Positions 10,658 to 19,760 of a stretch of 64,000 nucleotides of DNA are shown in pieces. This stretch comes from a virus. Each line of letters opens with the position of its first letter. Position 1 is the first letter of the stretch. Under the pieces are notes generated by a model. The model made no database searches and was not told the origin of the DNA. It saw nothing but the letters and a program-made list of their open reading frames with translations. A program made the position numbers and the translations under genes. The stretch lies in the IMG/VR virus record IMGVR_UViG_3300012162_000002, positions 3,096 through 67,095 of that record. One strand, 5' to 3'.

Positions 10658-12370
10658 TTAATATAGTTTCGGCTTACGGTTCAATTTTGATAATGCTTGT
10701 GCATAAGATTGAGCGTTGAAATTATTTTTTCTGACATTAGATTGAAATTCAATAATGTAATATATTAGATATGCTAATGCTGAAAATCTATCTTTATCCA
10801 TTTTTTTAACAACCTTTTCAATAGAAAGCCCGTTGGTATCTTTTAATTTTAAGTTCGCAATTTCATCAAATAGGTTATTAGTTTGAATAAATGGAAGCAT
10901 TTTTTCTATTGGATTTTCTCTATCTTTTAAAGAAAATTCACTGTCTTGCTTCTTTATTAATAATCTTAATTTACCACCATCAACAACATCAATAAAATCA
11001 GTTATAATTTTACTTTGACAAGATTGTGCTTTTAGATCAAACAAACAGGATTCGGCATCACTAACCTCTGGTTCATTCGTAGTATTTATTGTATTCCAAC
11101 ATCCTAAATATTCTTTTGTAATTGGATCATAGCTTTCTTTAAGTAATTCATCAATCAACCCCGCACCAAGTCCATTACCATCAGCAACTACCATTTTGGC
11201 ACAAAAGTCTCTTTTTATTTTTTTAACAATACTTGCTTGCGTAGAAAAATTTAAAACATTTGAGATGGTTGTTATATTTGGGACTTCTATAGATGTTATC
11301 CTGTTAGTATCTTTATGTCTTATTACTTGTCCTACTGCAGCAGATGATTGATTATTGTTGGTATTTTGAGATCTTGCAACGTCTACACCAATGTAAAATT
11401 CTTCATCGTAATGATTCATATTTATCATTGGAACGGTTAGTGAACGACAATTCATTAGTTTATTTATATCTACCAATGCTGAATCGGAACTACCGACCCA
11501 TTTTGATTCATAATTTCGAGCAAAAGAAATAGGAGACATTTCTTTTTTCTTTTGTAATATCTGACTTTTATTAGATCCTCTACCATACCAGCATGGAAGC
11601 ATCCAGTTAGAACCAAGTACTATTTCTCCTTTTAAATTAACCATATTTTTAACCATAGTAATACTTCTTTGGAACTCATCTGATCCTCTAAATCCAGATG
11701 TTGTAAAAAAATGTATTTGTTGATTTAATTCTTGTGGATCTGGTATGGCTAATTTACCAATTGTATATCTTGGAACTTCAACAATTGGCTTTAACGAATC
11801 TTGATATATTTCATTATTTAACAATGCGGATTCTTCTATTTTAATTCTTTTTCTTCTTTGTCCTTTTGAAGATTGAGCATTTGCTAAAATATCAATGCGA
11901 GCACCACTTTTAAATTTAACTTCTGCGTCATTTTTAGAAAACCTTGGTTTTTCAAGTAATTCATTTTGAATCAGAGGATAGTATTTTAATATTTCATTTG
12001 TTTTATCTTTTAATAACTCAGCTGCATTTTCTTTTGTTTGAGCAGTAAGTGCTAGTTCAATATCCGGGAAAAGCATAGCAACAACGAACATATCAAGTAC
12101 TTCATCGAATGTTTTTCCATATCCACGGGTAAAAGTTCCATACATACTCATAAATCTTATATCTGAACGAAGAAATATACGCTGGTCTAAATGCAAATTA
12201 ATACCACCGGTCTCTGGCTTTAATAAATCTAAAAACAAATCAGGATAAAACCGCGCCCATGAAATAAATTCGTAATAATTATATAAATTTTTACCAAAAA
12301 TAGAATCGTCCTGTAGTTCAAGTATTCTCTCTTTATTCATTATCCTCACCATCCGGCACATCATAATCAT
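10658..12370 (-). CDS. terL: terminase large subunit
   Basis: Walker A TRGYGKT, Walker B-like IKIEES, FTTSG motif III, nuclease GVDVAR and DGNGLG. Confidence 0.9.
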   Translation of the reverse strand: MIMMCRMVRIMNKERILELQDDSIFGKNLYNYYEFISWARFYPDLFLDLLKPETGGINLHLDQRIFLRSDIRFMSMYGTFTRGYGKTFDEVLDMFVVAMLFPDIELALTAQTKENAAELLKDKTNEILKYYPLIQNELLEKPRFSKNDAEVKFKSGARIDILANAQSSKGQRRKRIKIEESALLNNEIYQDSLKPIVEVPRYTIGKLAIPDPQELNQQIHFFTTSGFRGSDEFQRSITMVKNMVNLKGEIVLGSNWMLPCWYGRGSNKSQILQKKKEMSPISFARNYESKWVGSSDSALVDINKLMNCRSLTVPMINMNHYDEEFYIGVDVARSQNTNNNQSSAAVGQVIRHKDTNRITSIEVPNITTISNVLNFSTQASIVKKIKRDFCAKMVVADGNGLGAGLIDELLKESYDPITKEYLGCWNTINTTNEPEVSDAESCLFDLKAQSCQSKIITDFIDVVDGGKLRLLIKKQDSEFSLKDRENPIEKMLPFIQTNNLFDEIANLKLKDTNGLSIEKVVKKMDKDRFSALAYLIYYIIEFQSNVRKNNFNAQSYAQALSKLNRKPKLY

Positions 12371-13475
12371 CTGGTAATGTGATAAATTGCTTTACTTTTG
12401 GACGCATCTTTTCTAAATCTGGCTCATCAGTGAAAATTCCATAAGGATCCCCATATTGAGATAAGTATTCCTGTTTCTTCTTATCATAAAACTTGTAAAC
12501 ATCTTCGTAATTTATTTGTGGTAAGTTGTGTAAATCTCTTTCATAATTTATATAACACCATATAATAAAATCAGCCATGTCATTTGGAGCAAATTTAAAA
12601 CGTGGGAGTATTTCTATAATATCAACAGCCTGCTCAACAGCTCTTGAAATTTCACTGATACTGGTAATTCCACCCTGTAAATCAGCTTTTGTTAATTGTT
12701 TTGGTGTTAATCTGGCTTTATCAGCCGCATTGATTGCTGCATCATACCATTTTTTAGCTTCCTCAACATTTCCCTTTGCTGTAGCTTCTTCTTCTTTTAC
12801 TTTAAACCTTACATATGTAGCAAGAGATTCTTGGTGTAAATTTGTTTGGAGACTATAATTTATTTTTAATTTCTCATACTTATCATGCATTTTTTTATAC
12901 ATGTTTGTAGAATAACCTTCCCCAAACAGATTTTTAATTTCATCTGTTACCTCAAAATCGCCAATATTTAAAGTATGCTTATTATCTTCAACAGTATCCG
13001 CTTTATCAGATATATTCATATCAACATTAAATTCTTTTCTTCTTAGTTCTGGATTGTTAATAAATCCTTCTTTTACGCTATCTTCATATGATTTGGCAGT
13101 AGCTTGACGTAGAGTTTGAATATTTTTAAAATATAGCCCTATTATCTTTTCACCAAATGTTTTTATTTCTTCTTCTAAAACAAAACTGTGCTCTTTCTTA
13201 AATTGATTTATAGAAGATTGAAGAATATCTTTATAATATGGTTTGTTGACTTGCTGCAAAACATTCTTTAATTTTGTCTCATCAATTTCTCCATTGCTAT
13301 TTAAACTATTCCTTTTAACACATTCTTTACACCAAGGAAGGAACCCGTCTTGATGCATTGGGTTTTTACTTATGTAAAAATTTCTTATTGATTGTTCCGC
13401 ATTTTCTGACGGACAAGCGAGACATTTTTTTTTAGGCGTTTCTTTTTTTTGTTTTGTCGCCAAAATTAACTTCAC
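12333..13475 (-). CDS. terminase small subunit-like protein with N-terminal Zn finger, putative
   Basis: CLAC...CKEC; immediately upstream of terL. Confidence 0.45.
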   Translation of the reverse strand: MKLILATKQKKETPKKKCLACPSENAEQSIRNFYISKNPMHQDGFLPWCKECVKRNSLNSNGEIDETKLKNVLQQVNKPYYKDILQSSINQFKKEHSFVLEEEIKTFGEKIIGLYFKNIQTLRQATAKSYEDSVKEGFINNPELRRKEFNVDMNISDKADTVEDNKHTLNIGDFEVTDEIKNLFGEGYSTNMYKKMHDKYEKLKINYSLQTNLHQESLATYVRFKVKEEEATAKGNVEEAKKWYDAAINAADKARLTPKQLTKADLQGGITSISEISRAVEQAVDIIEILPRFKFAPNDMADFIIWCYINYERDLHNLPQINYEDVYKFYDKKKQEYLSQYGDPYGIFTDEPDLEKMRPKVKQFITLPDDYDVPDGEDNE

Positions 13476-13579
13476 AACCTTTCATTATTTATTTGAACTA
13501 AAAAACACCCTTCGAGATAGAAGAGTGGATTTAAATATATTGTTTTCTCACCCAATAAAAGAGTGCTTTGGTTGTATAA

Positions 13580-14605
13580 TTACTCCACAAATAATTCATC
13601 ACTTTCCGATTCCGAATCAATGCCACATACATAAATTTTGGTTGTCTCAGATGACTCATGTCCTAATAAGGCACGTACAGCCTCAATATTCTTACCATCT
13701 TCCACGACACTTACAGTCGCTTGTGCTTCGCGGAGACAATGTGGATGAAAACGACGACCAAGCATAGGTGTTAAAATTTTCACACTCCAACCATTAAAAG
13801 TGCTTTCTGATACTTGTCTGACCTGTTTTTTTGATTTTGTCACAAACATATAAGGACAATCATCGTCTCGTTCAGATACCCACTCTTTAAAAGCATTCAT
13901 GGAATAATTAGAAAATTTTAATTGACGAATTTTTCCTGTTTTCCCTTTACCTTTACAACGTATTTTAGGAGTGAGATAATATTTAGCTTCTTTTTCAACG
14001 AAATTACCGTTTTCGTCTTTAGTTTTAATTGACTTAACTGTAAGAGGTGTCTCAATAATATTCTTCAGTATTTGTCTGGTTTCAGCTCTACGACATCCAG
14101 TCTCAAAAGTGAATTTTAAATAAGCAATTAATTGTTTCTTTTTTTTCACATTTGACTCTTCCAACTTTTGAACTAGCATATCCATTTCAGCCCTAGTGGG
14201 TGGATTTTTATCGTTTACAAATGACTTTTCTGGTTTCTTAATGCTTTTATTGATGAAATTATGGAACATAGGGTATTCTTCAGCGTAGTATGTAACAATA
14301 TAATTATTGAAAGTACTTATAGCTGATCTCTTATTCCCAATATCAGAAGATGAGTGTCCTTTGTTTAATAGCCAATTTTGAAATCTTAAATACTCTCTTG
14401 GTTTAACATCAATTTGTTTTTTATCATTTAGGTTGTCTCTTACCCAAACCAACCATATTCTTAGGTTTGAACGATAAGCAATCAAAGACTTATCTGCCAG
14501 TTCAGTTGAGTTTGAAAGAAAATCTTCAAACATATCTCTATTAAATTTAGAACACAATGCGAAATCTTCATCGGTAATTGATTTTAATCTTTCCAATATT
14601 TTCAC
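13580..14605 (-). CDS. tyrosine recombinase (XerC/D-like)
   Basis: TGCRRAE, KGK, HCLR, LLGH and C-terminal Y all present. Confidence 0.9.
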   Translation of the reverse strand: MKILERLKSITDEDFALCSKFNRDMFEDFLSNSTELADKSLIAYRSNLRIWLVWVRDNLNDKKQIDVKPREYLRFQNWLLNKGHSSSDIGNKRSAISTFNNYIVTYYAEEYPMFHNFINKSIKKPEKSFVNDKNPPTRAEMDMLVQKLEESNVKKKKQLIAYLKFTFETGCRRAETRQILKNIIETPLTVKSIKTKDENGNFVEKEAKYYLTPKIRCKGKGKTGKIRQLKFSNYSMNAFKEWVSERDDDCPYMFVTKSKKQVRQVSESTFNGWSVKILTPMLGRRFHPHCLREAQATVSVVEDGKNIEAVRALLGHESSETTKIYVCGIDSESESDELFVE

Positions 14606-14963
14606 TTCCTTTCATTACAAAAAGAAGTGATATATTTTCACTTCTTATATGTCAAACTTATCTAGTTTTTCTAATATTCCCTCAACTGTAAACTCTTCGG
14701 CAATCCCAATACACGTTTCTTGACGTCTTTCAAGAGCAGTCTTTAAAATCTCTATCTCGTCCGCAGTTAAAGGTAGATTTTTTATCACTTGATCATACAC
14801 ATTTAATCGCTCCTTCTATTAATATTTCAGATGAGCTACCTGTAATCACTCATCTGTATGGGTGGATATATTAATTCACACGTATTCACCACCATATACC
14901 ACGTATTTAGTACAGGAATTTACCAAAATAAAAACCACCCAATCGTGGCAGTCGTGATTGTAT

Positions 14964-16175
14964 TTAAAATATTATTTTTTCATGTCCCGTATATCCTTTA
15001 TCTGTAAGTTTCAGTATTTTAACTGCACCTTTACAATTCTTTAATAATGTATCTGAGTAAGGACAACTACCTTCAAATCCATCAGCAACAATTACTTCGT
15101 TGTTATTTTTAGCAGAAGCACTAACCGTAGATTCCTTTCCGGCATGTAAGTGTCCTAATATGGCATAATCATAAAATACTTTGTAAAAATCATTTAAATC
15201 TTTCAATACACTATCATTTGCATTTTTTAACCTATGTCCATGTTGTGCAATAATTTTAAACCCTTTGATTTCAAATGTGACTGGCATGTCCTCAAATTCT
15301 TTATGTACTATAATACGAGGATTCCCTTCCAACAAATCGTAAATATAATTTACTATAATTTTCTCAACATCTTCGGCAGAAAGTTCACTAGCTTTCGTTC
15401 CAAGAGGTCTATTTTGTGTATGGTTTGAACTCATAACAGAATAGTATTCTACTTCACAATAAGCGGATAGTTCTTTTAAGAATGTTGCAATAACTCTTGG
15501 ATACTCTACGATGGCATTAACTACCGGAATCTGATTAATCATCAAATCAGTTAAATGAATAATCCCTTGAATATCATCGCCAAGTCCAAGAACTGTTAAT
15601 TTTTTAATATGTCGTTCTTCTATTAATGCAATCAGTTCAGTAAGTAATTGACTAAATCTTTCTTTTACTATCTCAATAGAGTATTCATTGTGTATAGATT
15701 TAAATTTTGCCCCAAAATGAACGTCAGCAATGCAAACAATGTATTCGTCTTCAGAATATTTTTCCCAATTATATGCATGAATTTGAGGCATTGGCAAACT
15801 CTTTATAGCATCTTTGATATTTTCATACAACAATTCAAATCTACTAGCATGTCGCTCCTGTCTGTCTCGTTCCAATTTTGTTGCTTGAAGTTTATATCGT
15901 TCTTTACGAATTTTTTCTTCAACTTGCTCATTTTTTTTAATTAATTCTGTAAGTTGGAAATCCGCACTTCCTAACTCCTTTTTTGCGTCATCATATCCAT
16001 CAAGATAGGGTTTAACATATTTTCTATGAGCGGACTCATCATAATTCACACCAAATACTTTATTACACAACGCACCAATCTGTTTATTTGTTAATCTATA
16101 ACTAGATTGATTCCTATATAATCTTAATCTATATGCTTCATTTGTTTCTTCTGTGGTTTTAAAATATTCTGAAAT
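14964..16175 (-). CDS. calcineurin-like metallophosphoesterase
   Basis: IADVHFG, LGDDIQG, SNH, QHGH and LGHLH motifs; frame extends 35 codons beyond the ORF-track start to an ATT preceded by AAGGGTGGTG. Confidence 0.85.
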   Translation of the reverse strand: MSEYFKTTEETNEAYRLRLYRNQSSYRLTNKQIGALCNKVFGVNYDESAHRKYVKPYLDGYDDAKKELGSADFQLTELIKKNEQVEEKIRKERYKLQATKLERDRQERHASRFELLYENIKDAIKSLPMPQIHAYNWEKYSEDEYIVCIADVHFGAKFKSIHNEYSIEIVKERFSQLLTELIALIEERHIKKLTVLGLGDDIQGIIHLTDLMINQIPVVNAIVEYPRVIATFLKELSAYCEVEYYSVMSSNHTQNRPLGTKASELSAEDVEKIIVNYIYDLLEGNPRIIVHKEFEDMPVTFEIKGFKIIAQHGHRLKNANDSVLKDLNDFYKVFYDYAILGHLHAGKESTVSASAKNNNEVIVADGFEGSCPYSDTLLKNCKGAVKILKLTDKGYTGHEKIIF

Positions 16176-16363
16176 AGGTCACACCACCCTTACTCATCAT
16201 TTACTTCTATAGAACAATTATGTTCACATGAATCAATAGTGATATTAACTCCTAAATCTTTTTTTGCTTCTTCATGAAATTTAGCTAATATGTCATTAAC
16301 TTTACATACCGCCACTTTATCACATGTCTCACATATATAATTTTTAATCATTAATTATCTCCT

Positions 16364-16966
16364 TTAAACTACTTCATTAATATCGCAATCAACACCGACA
16401 ATATAATCAGCAACACCATATTTCTTTGCTTCTTCAGGGTAGAAGTACCACTCAACCCGATATTTTTCTTCATATAATTTATCGTCAATTTTTGTTCTTG
16501 ATAAAATATAGCTCTTTGTATATACTTCAACCTGGTTCGTTTCAAAATCCATTCGGTCTTTTGCTTTTGCGGTAGAGTCCCAAGTTGCGGTATCTCCGTC
16601 ATGCATCAAAAATGTAGCACTTGGCATTGAGTATCTTTTATGTCCGGCTAAAAATATAAGAAATCCCATAGAATAACAATATCCTTGGTTTACAGTAAAA
16701 ACAGGAGTTTTACTATTTATAATAGCGTCAATTACAGCATATCCATCTGGTACAGAACCACCATTACTATTTATGTATAAGATAATAGGCTTACGATTGG
16801 ATACTTCTATTCCTTTATCTTCGCGATTGTAACGCATAATATGATATACAATATCATCAACTATATTTGAATCAATATTGTAATTTATATATAGTCTTCG
16901 TCCTTCAAGATCTTCAATGTTATATTTATCTTCCAAACAATAATTGAACAATTCTTTAATTTCCAT
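16364..16966 (-). CDS. clpP: ClpP-like serine protease
   Basis: INSNGGSV, CYSMG (catalytic Ser), FLMHDG (catalytic His), EEAKKYGVAD. Confidence 0.9.
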   Translation of the reverse strand: MEIKELFNYCLEDKYNIEDLEGRRLYINYNIDSNIVDDIVYHIMRYNREDKGIEVSNRKPIILYINSNGGSVPDGYAVIDAIINSKTPVFTVNQGYCYSMGFLIFLAGHKRYSMPSATFLMHDGDTATWDSTAKAKDRMDFETNQVEVYTKSYILSRTKIDDKLYEEKYRVEWYFYPEEAKKYGVADYIVGVDCDINEVV

Positions 16967-16992
16967 ATAAGAAATCCTCGTTTTCTAAATAT

Positions 16993-18456
16993 TTACAATC
17001 TGATAACTGTAGATTTGTTAACTACACATACCTTTGTACTTTTACACATATTTCTTAGTTCTTTTTCTAATTCTTCTTTTAATTCAATACGACTTTCTTT
17101 ATCTCCATGCAATAAGTAAATTTTATCGGCTTGAATATTCTTATAGTAGTTAAGCAATTCATTGTGCTGCATGTGGGACGAGAAAGAAAATAACTCAACA
17201 ATTTGGCATCTGTTTTTTACAACCTTATTATTAATTTTGATTGTTTTCTGTGATTTAGCATGTTTAATTCTCCACCCAAGAGTGTCAACTCCGCAATACC
17301 CGCAAAATAATATACAGTCATTTTCACATGGTATTACATTTTGCGCCCACTGAACGGATCTACCACTTTGTAACATACCACCAGATGATATAATTACTTT
17401 TGGACTTTTATCTTCTATACAAGCAGCACTTTCTTCATATTCAGTTATTAATCTTAAATTTTTCCAGTTCATCATATCATCGAATTTTTTCTTTTTGTCT
17501 CCCTGTAGAATAGAAGAGTAGTGTTTTAATAAACGAATAGCTAATGGGCTATCTACAATGATAGGAATATTAAAATCTTTATCTTTAAACATTTCATATA
17601 AAATCCAGATCATAATAGGAGTTTTATCCAAACTGAATGTTGGAATTAAAACCCTGTTGTTGCGCTCTATGCAAAATTGTTCTATTACGGATTTTATTTT
17701 TGAAAAATCTTTTTCTAAATCTTTTTTGGTATTACGTTTGCTTTTTAATCCATAAGTAGATTCACCAATTACGATATTTGACTTAGATATGGATTTAAAA
17801 TTTTCTACGAAGATACGATTATCTTCAGTAATAGCATTGCCCAAATCACTAGTAATAAGAATTTTGCTAGTATGATTATTAATACTGATAAATAACTCAA
17901 GCTGCTGTGATAGCATGATATGACCGGCAGGAGTGTAGCGGAATGATAATTCGTCTGTAATTTTGAAAACCTCATCGGATTCAAATTCAACAATTTGATT
18001 TAATGCAACATTTATTTCTTCTTCGGTATAAAATGGTTTATAACACCTATTAAATTTCTTACTTAAATACTCACAATCTTTCTTCATTATCTTTACACTA
18101 TCCATCCACATTTCTTGCAATATAAGTCTACTGCCCGTTGGGACTATAATCTTAGCATTACATTTACCATTAGAGAATACGGAGGGTATTAAACCAATGT
18201 GATCAAAATGATTATGGCAAACAAAAATATAATCAAGCTGTTGTGGCTTGATTTTCGATAACATTTCCTTATTCATGTTGTAGTTTGAAAGAATTGTATG
18301 TCCTTCTTGAATTCCGCCAAGTTCAACTGCTATTGTTGTATTATCCCAATTTATAATATTACAACTGCCGGTAACTTTTTGTGCGGAATATCCAATTGGA
18401 ATTATTGAGATTTCACGTTTTCTTTTTTTAGTGATGGTATTCCAACCACCTTTCAT
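16993..18456 (-). CDS. metallo-beta-lactamase/beta-CASP ribonuclease
   Basis: HNHFDH motif, AGHIMLS, TSDLG, GESTYG, SSGGML, FSSHM. Confidence 0.85.
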   Translation of the reverse strand: MKGGWNTITKKRKREISIIPIGYSAQKVTGSCNIINWDNTTIAVELGGIQEGHTILSNYNMNKEMLSKIKPQQLDYIFVCHNHFDHIGLIPSVFSNGKCNAKIIVPTGSRLILQEMWMDSVKIMKKDCEYLSKKFNRCYKPFYTEEEINVALNQIVEFESDEVFKITDELSFRYTPAGHIMLSQQLELFISINNHTSKILITSDLGNAITEDNRIFVENFKSISKSNIVIGESTYGLKSKRNTKKDLEKDFSKIKSVIEQFCIERNNRVLIPTFSLDKTPIMIWILYEMFKDKDFNIPIIVDSPLAIRLLKHYSSILQGDKKKKFDDMMNWKNLRLITEYEESAACIEDKSPKVIISSGGMLQSGRSVQWAQNVIPCENDCILFCGYCGVDTLGWRIKHAKSQKTIKINNKVVKNRCQIVELFSFSSHMQHNELLNYYKNIQADKIYLLHGDKESRIELKEELEKELRNMCKSTKVCVVNKSTVIRL

Positions 18457-18459
18457 ATG

Positions 18460-18630
18460 TTATTTTGAAATTATAATGCTTTTTCTATGCTCGTAAAGAG
18501 TCTTTTTTGCTTTCTCCGATTCTGTCATGTAATAGGTCTTGTTTTTTGTATATGTAGGGTGTAGTTCATCATGAACTTTAAAACCTTTTGACAGAAGATG
18601 ATTGTACTCATTTTTTGTAATTTTTAACAA
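18460..18630 (-). CDS. small hypothetical protein (56 aa)
   Basis: TTG start after GAGG; LLKITKNEYNHLLSKGF...; missed by the ORF track. Confidence 0.5.
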   Translation of the reverse strand: MLKITKNEYNHLLSKGFKVHDELHPTYTKNKTYYMTESEKAKKTLYEHRKSIIISK

Positions 18631-18938
18631 GTGATATTTAACCCTCTTTCATTTAATAATATTTTTTTAAATGCTTCTGCTGGCTGGCAGCTATGTGTTC
18701 TTTCTGCTGAACACCTAATATGTCCATAGGAATATTAAGTCCCCTATGTGGACTACATCTGTGTCTCAGATGCCAAGCCCGATATTCTGACGAATATCTA
18801 ATTTTTGACTACGTTCTTTTTCGTTATTCACTCTCAGGTACGGGTGCAGACTTCCCGAATTAATCCCCGCTTTCGCCTTTTCTTGCATACCTGATATCAC
18901 AAGCGTCATGGGAAAATGATTCACCACAAATCATTAAA

Positions 18939-19013
18939 AGCTCCATGTGTGATTTGAACACACAACTTCCTGTTTACAAAGCAGGTACTCTTATCCAGTT
19001 GAGTTAATGGAGC
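18939..19013 (-). tRNA. tRNA-Thr(UGU)
   Basis: Cloverleaf GCTCCAT/ATGGAGC acceptor, ACTC/GAGT D stem, TT-TGT-AA anticodon loop (C-A pair at loop base), GTGTG-TTCAAAT-CACAC T arm; no encoded CCA. Confidence 0.9.
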
Positions 19014-19182
19014 AAATTCACTCCAAGAGTGAACCCCCCGTGTCCGACGACATTACATGTCGCTTAAACGCTAATTCGGATACACGAGTATACAGCCTAT
19101 CTGCATATTACGAAAAATCCTGTGACCGGCGAATAGAAAAGGAGAGGAGTTCACCAGCCACAGGATTAGAGAATGTCTTGAA

Positions 19183-19518
19183 TTATGTATTATTACTTTT
19201 TAAATTTTTATTTAATTTACGATTATAATTCCTGGTCAATTTCGCCTTGCCCCAAATTTTTTCCGGAACAATAGTTTTTTCTTTGGTATCAGGATGAATT
19301 ACCTCTTTTTCTGGAACATACCCACATTCCAAGCTTAATCCTTCAAATAATTTTATATTTGTTTTTTCAGTGAGAGTAGTAGAAGATAAATGGTCAAATA
19401 TGATATTTTCCATCGCATTATATAAATTACGAACTGTTGCCACTTTCTTACCTTCTCTCCTTGCTATCTGTTTAATGATCATTTCTTTCGTAATGGTCAA
19501 AATAAGCATTCCTCCCAA
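19183..19518 (-). CDS. HU-like DNA-binding protein (SPbeta YonN-like)
   Basis: Helical N-terminus, IKLFEGLSLE strand, HPDTKEKTIVP arm; follows the YonO-like gene as in SPbeta. Confidence 0.8.
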   Translation of the reverse strand: MGGMLILTITKEMIIKQIARREGKKVATVRNLYNAMENIIFDHLSSTTLTEKTNIKLFEGLSLECGYVPEKEVIHPDTKEKTIVPEKIWGKAKLTRNYNRKLNKNLKSNNT

Positions 19519-19760
19519 CTGTACTAAATTTAGTAATTATTACTGGTGACAATTCTGTTCTTTTTGTGCTATATAATAACATTTAATTTTTCTCCTTTAT
19601 ATGCTATATGTTGAACAGTCCACTATGTCCTCCATAGTAGACGCTAAATGAAAATTAAAGTTAACGCCCACATTACATGGGCATATTTCCTATTTTTGAG
19701 ATCTTAGATATTTTTTATACGCCCACATTTCATGGGCGTTTGTGGATATGGAGGCTGGTT

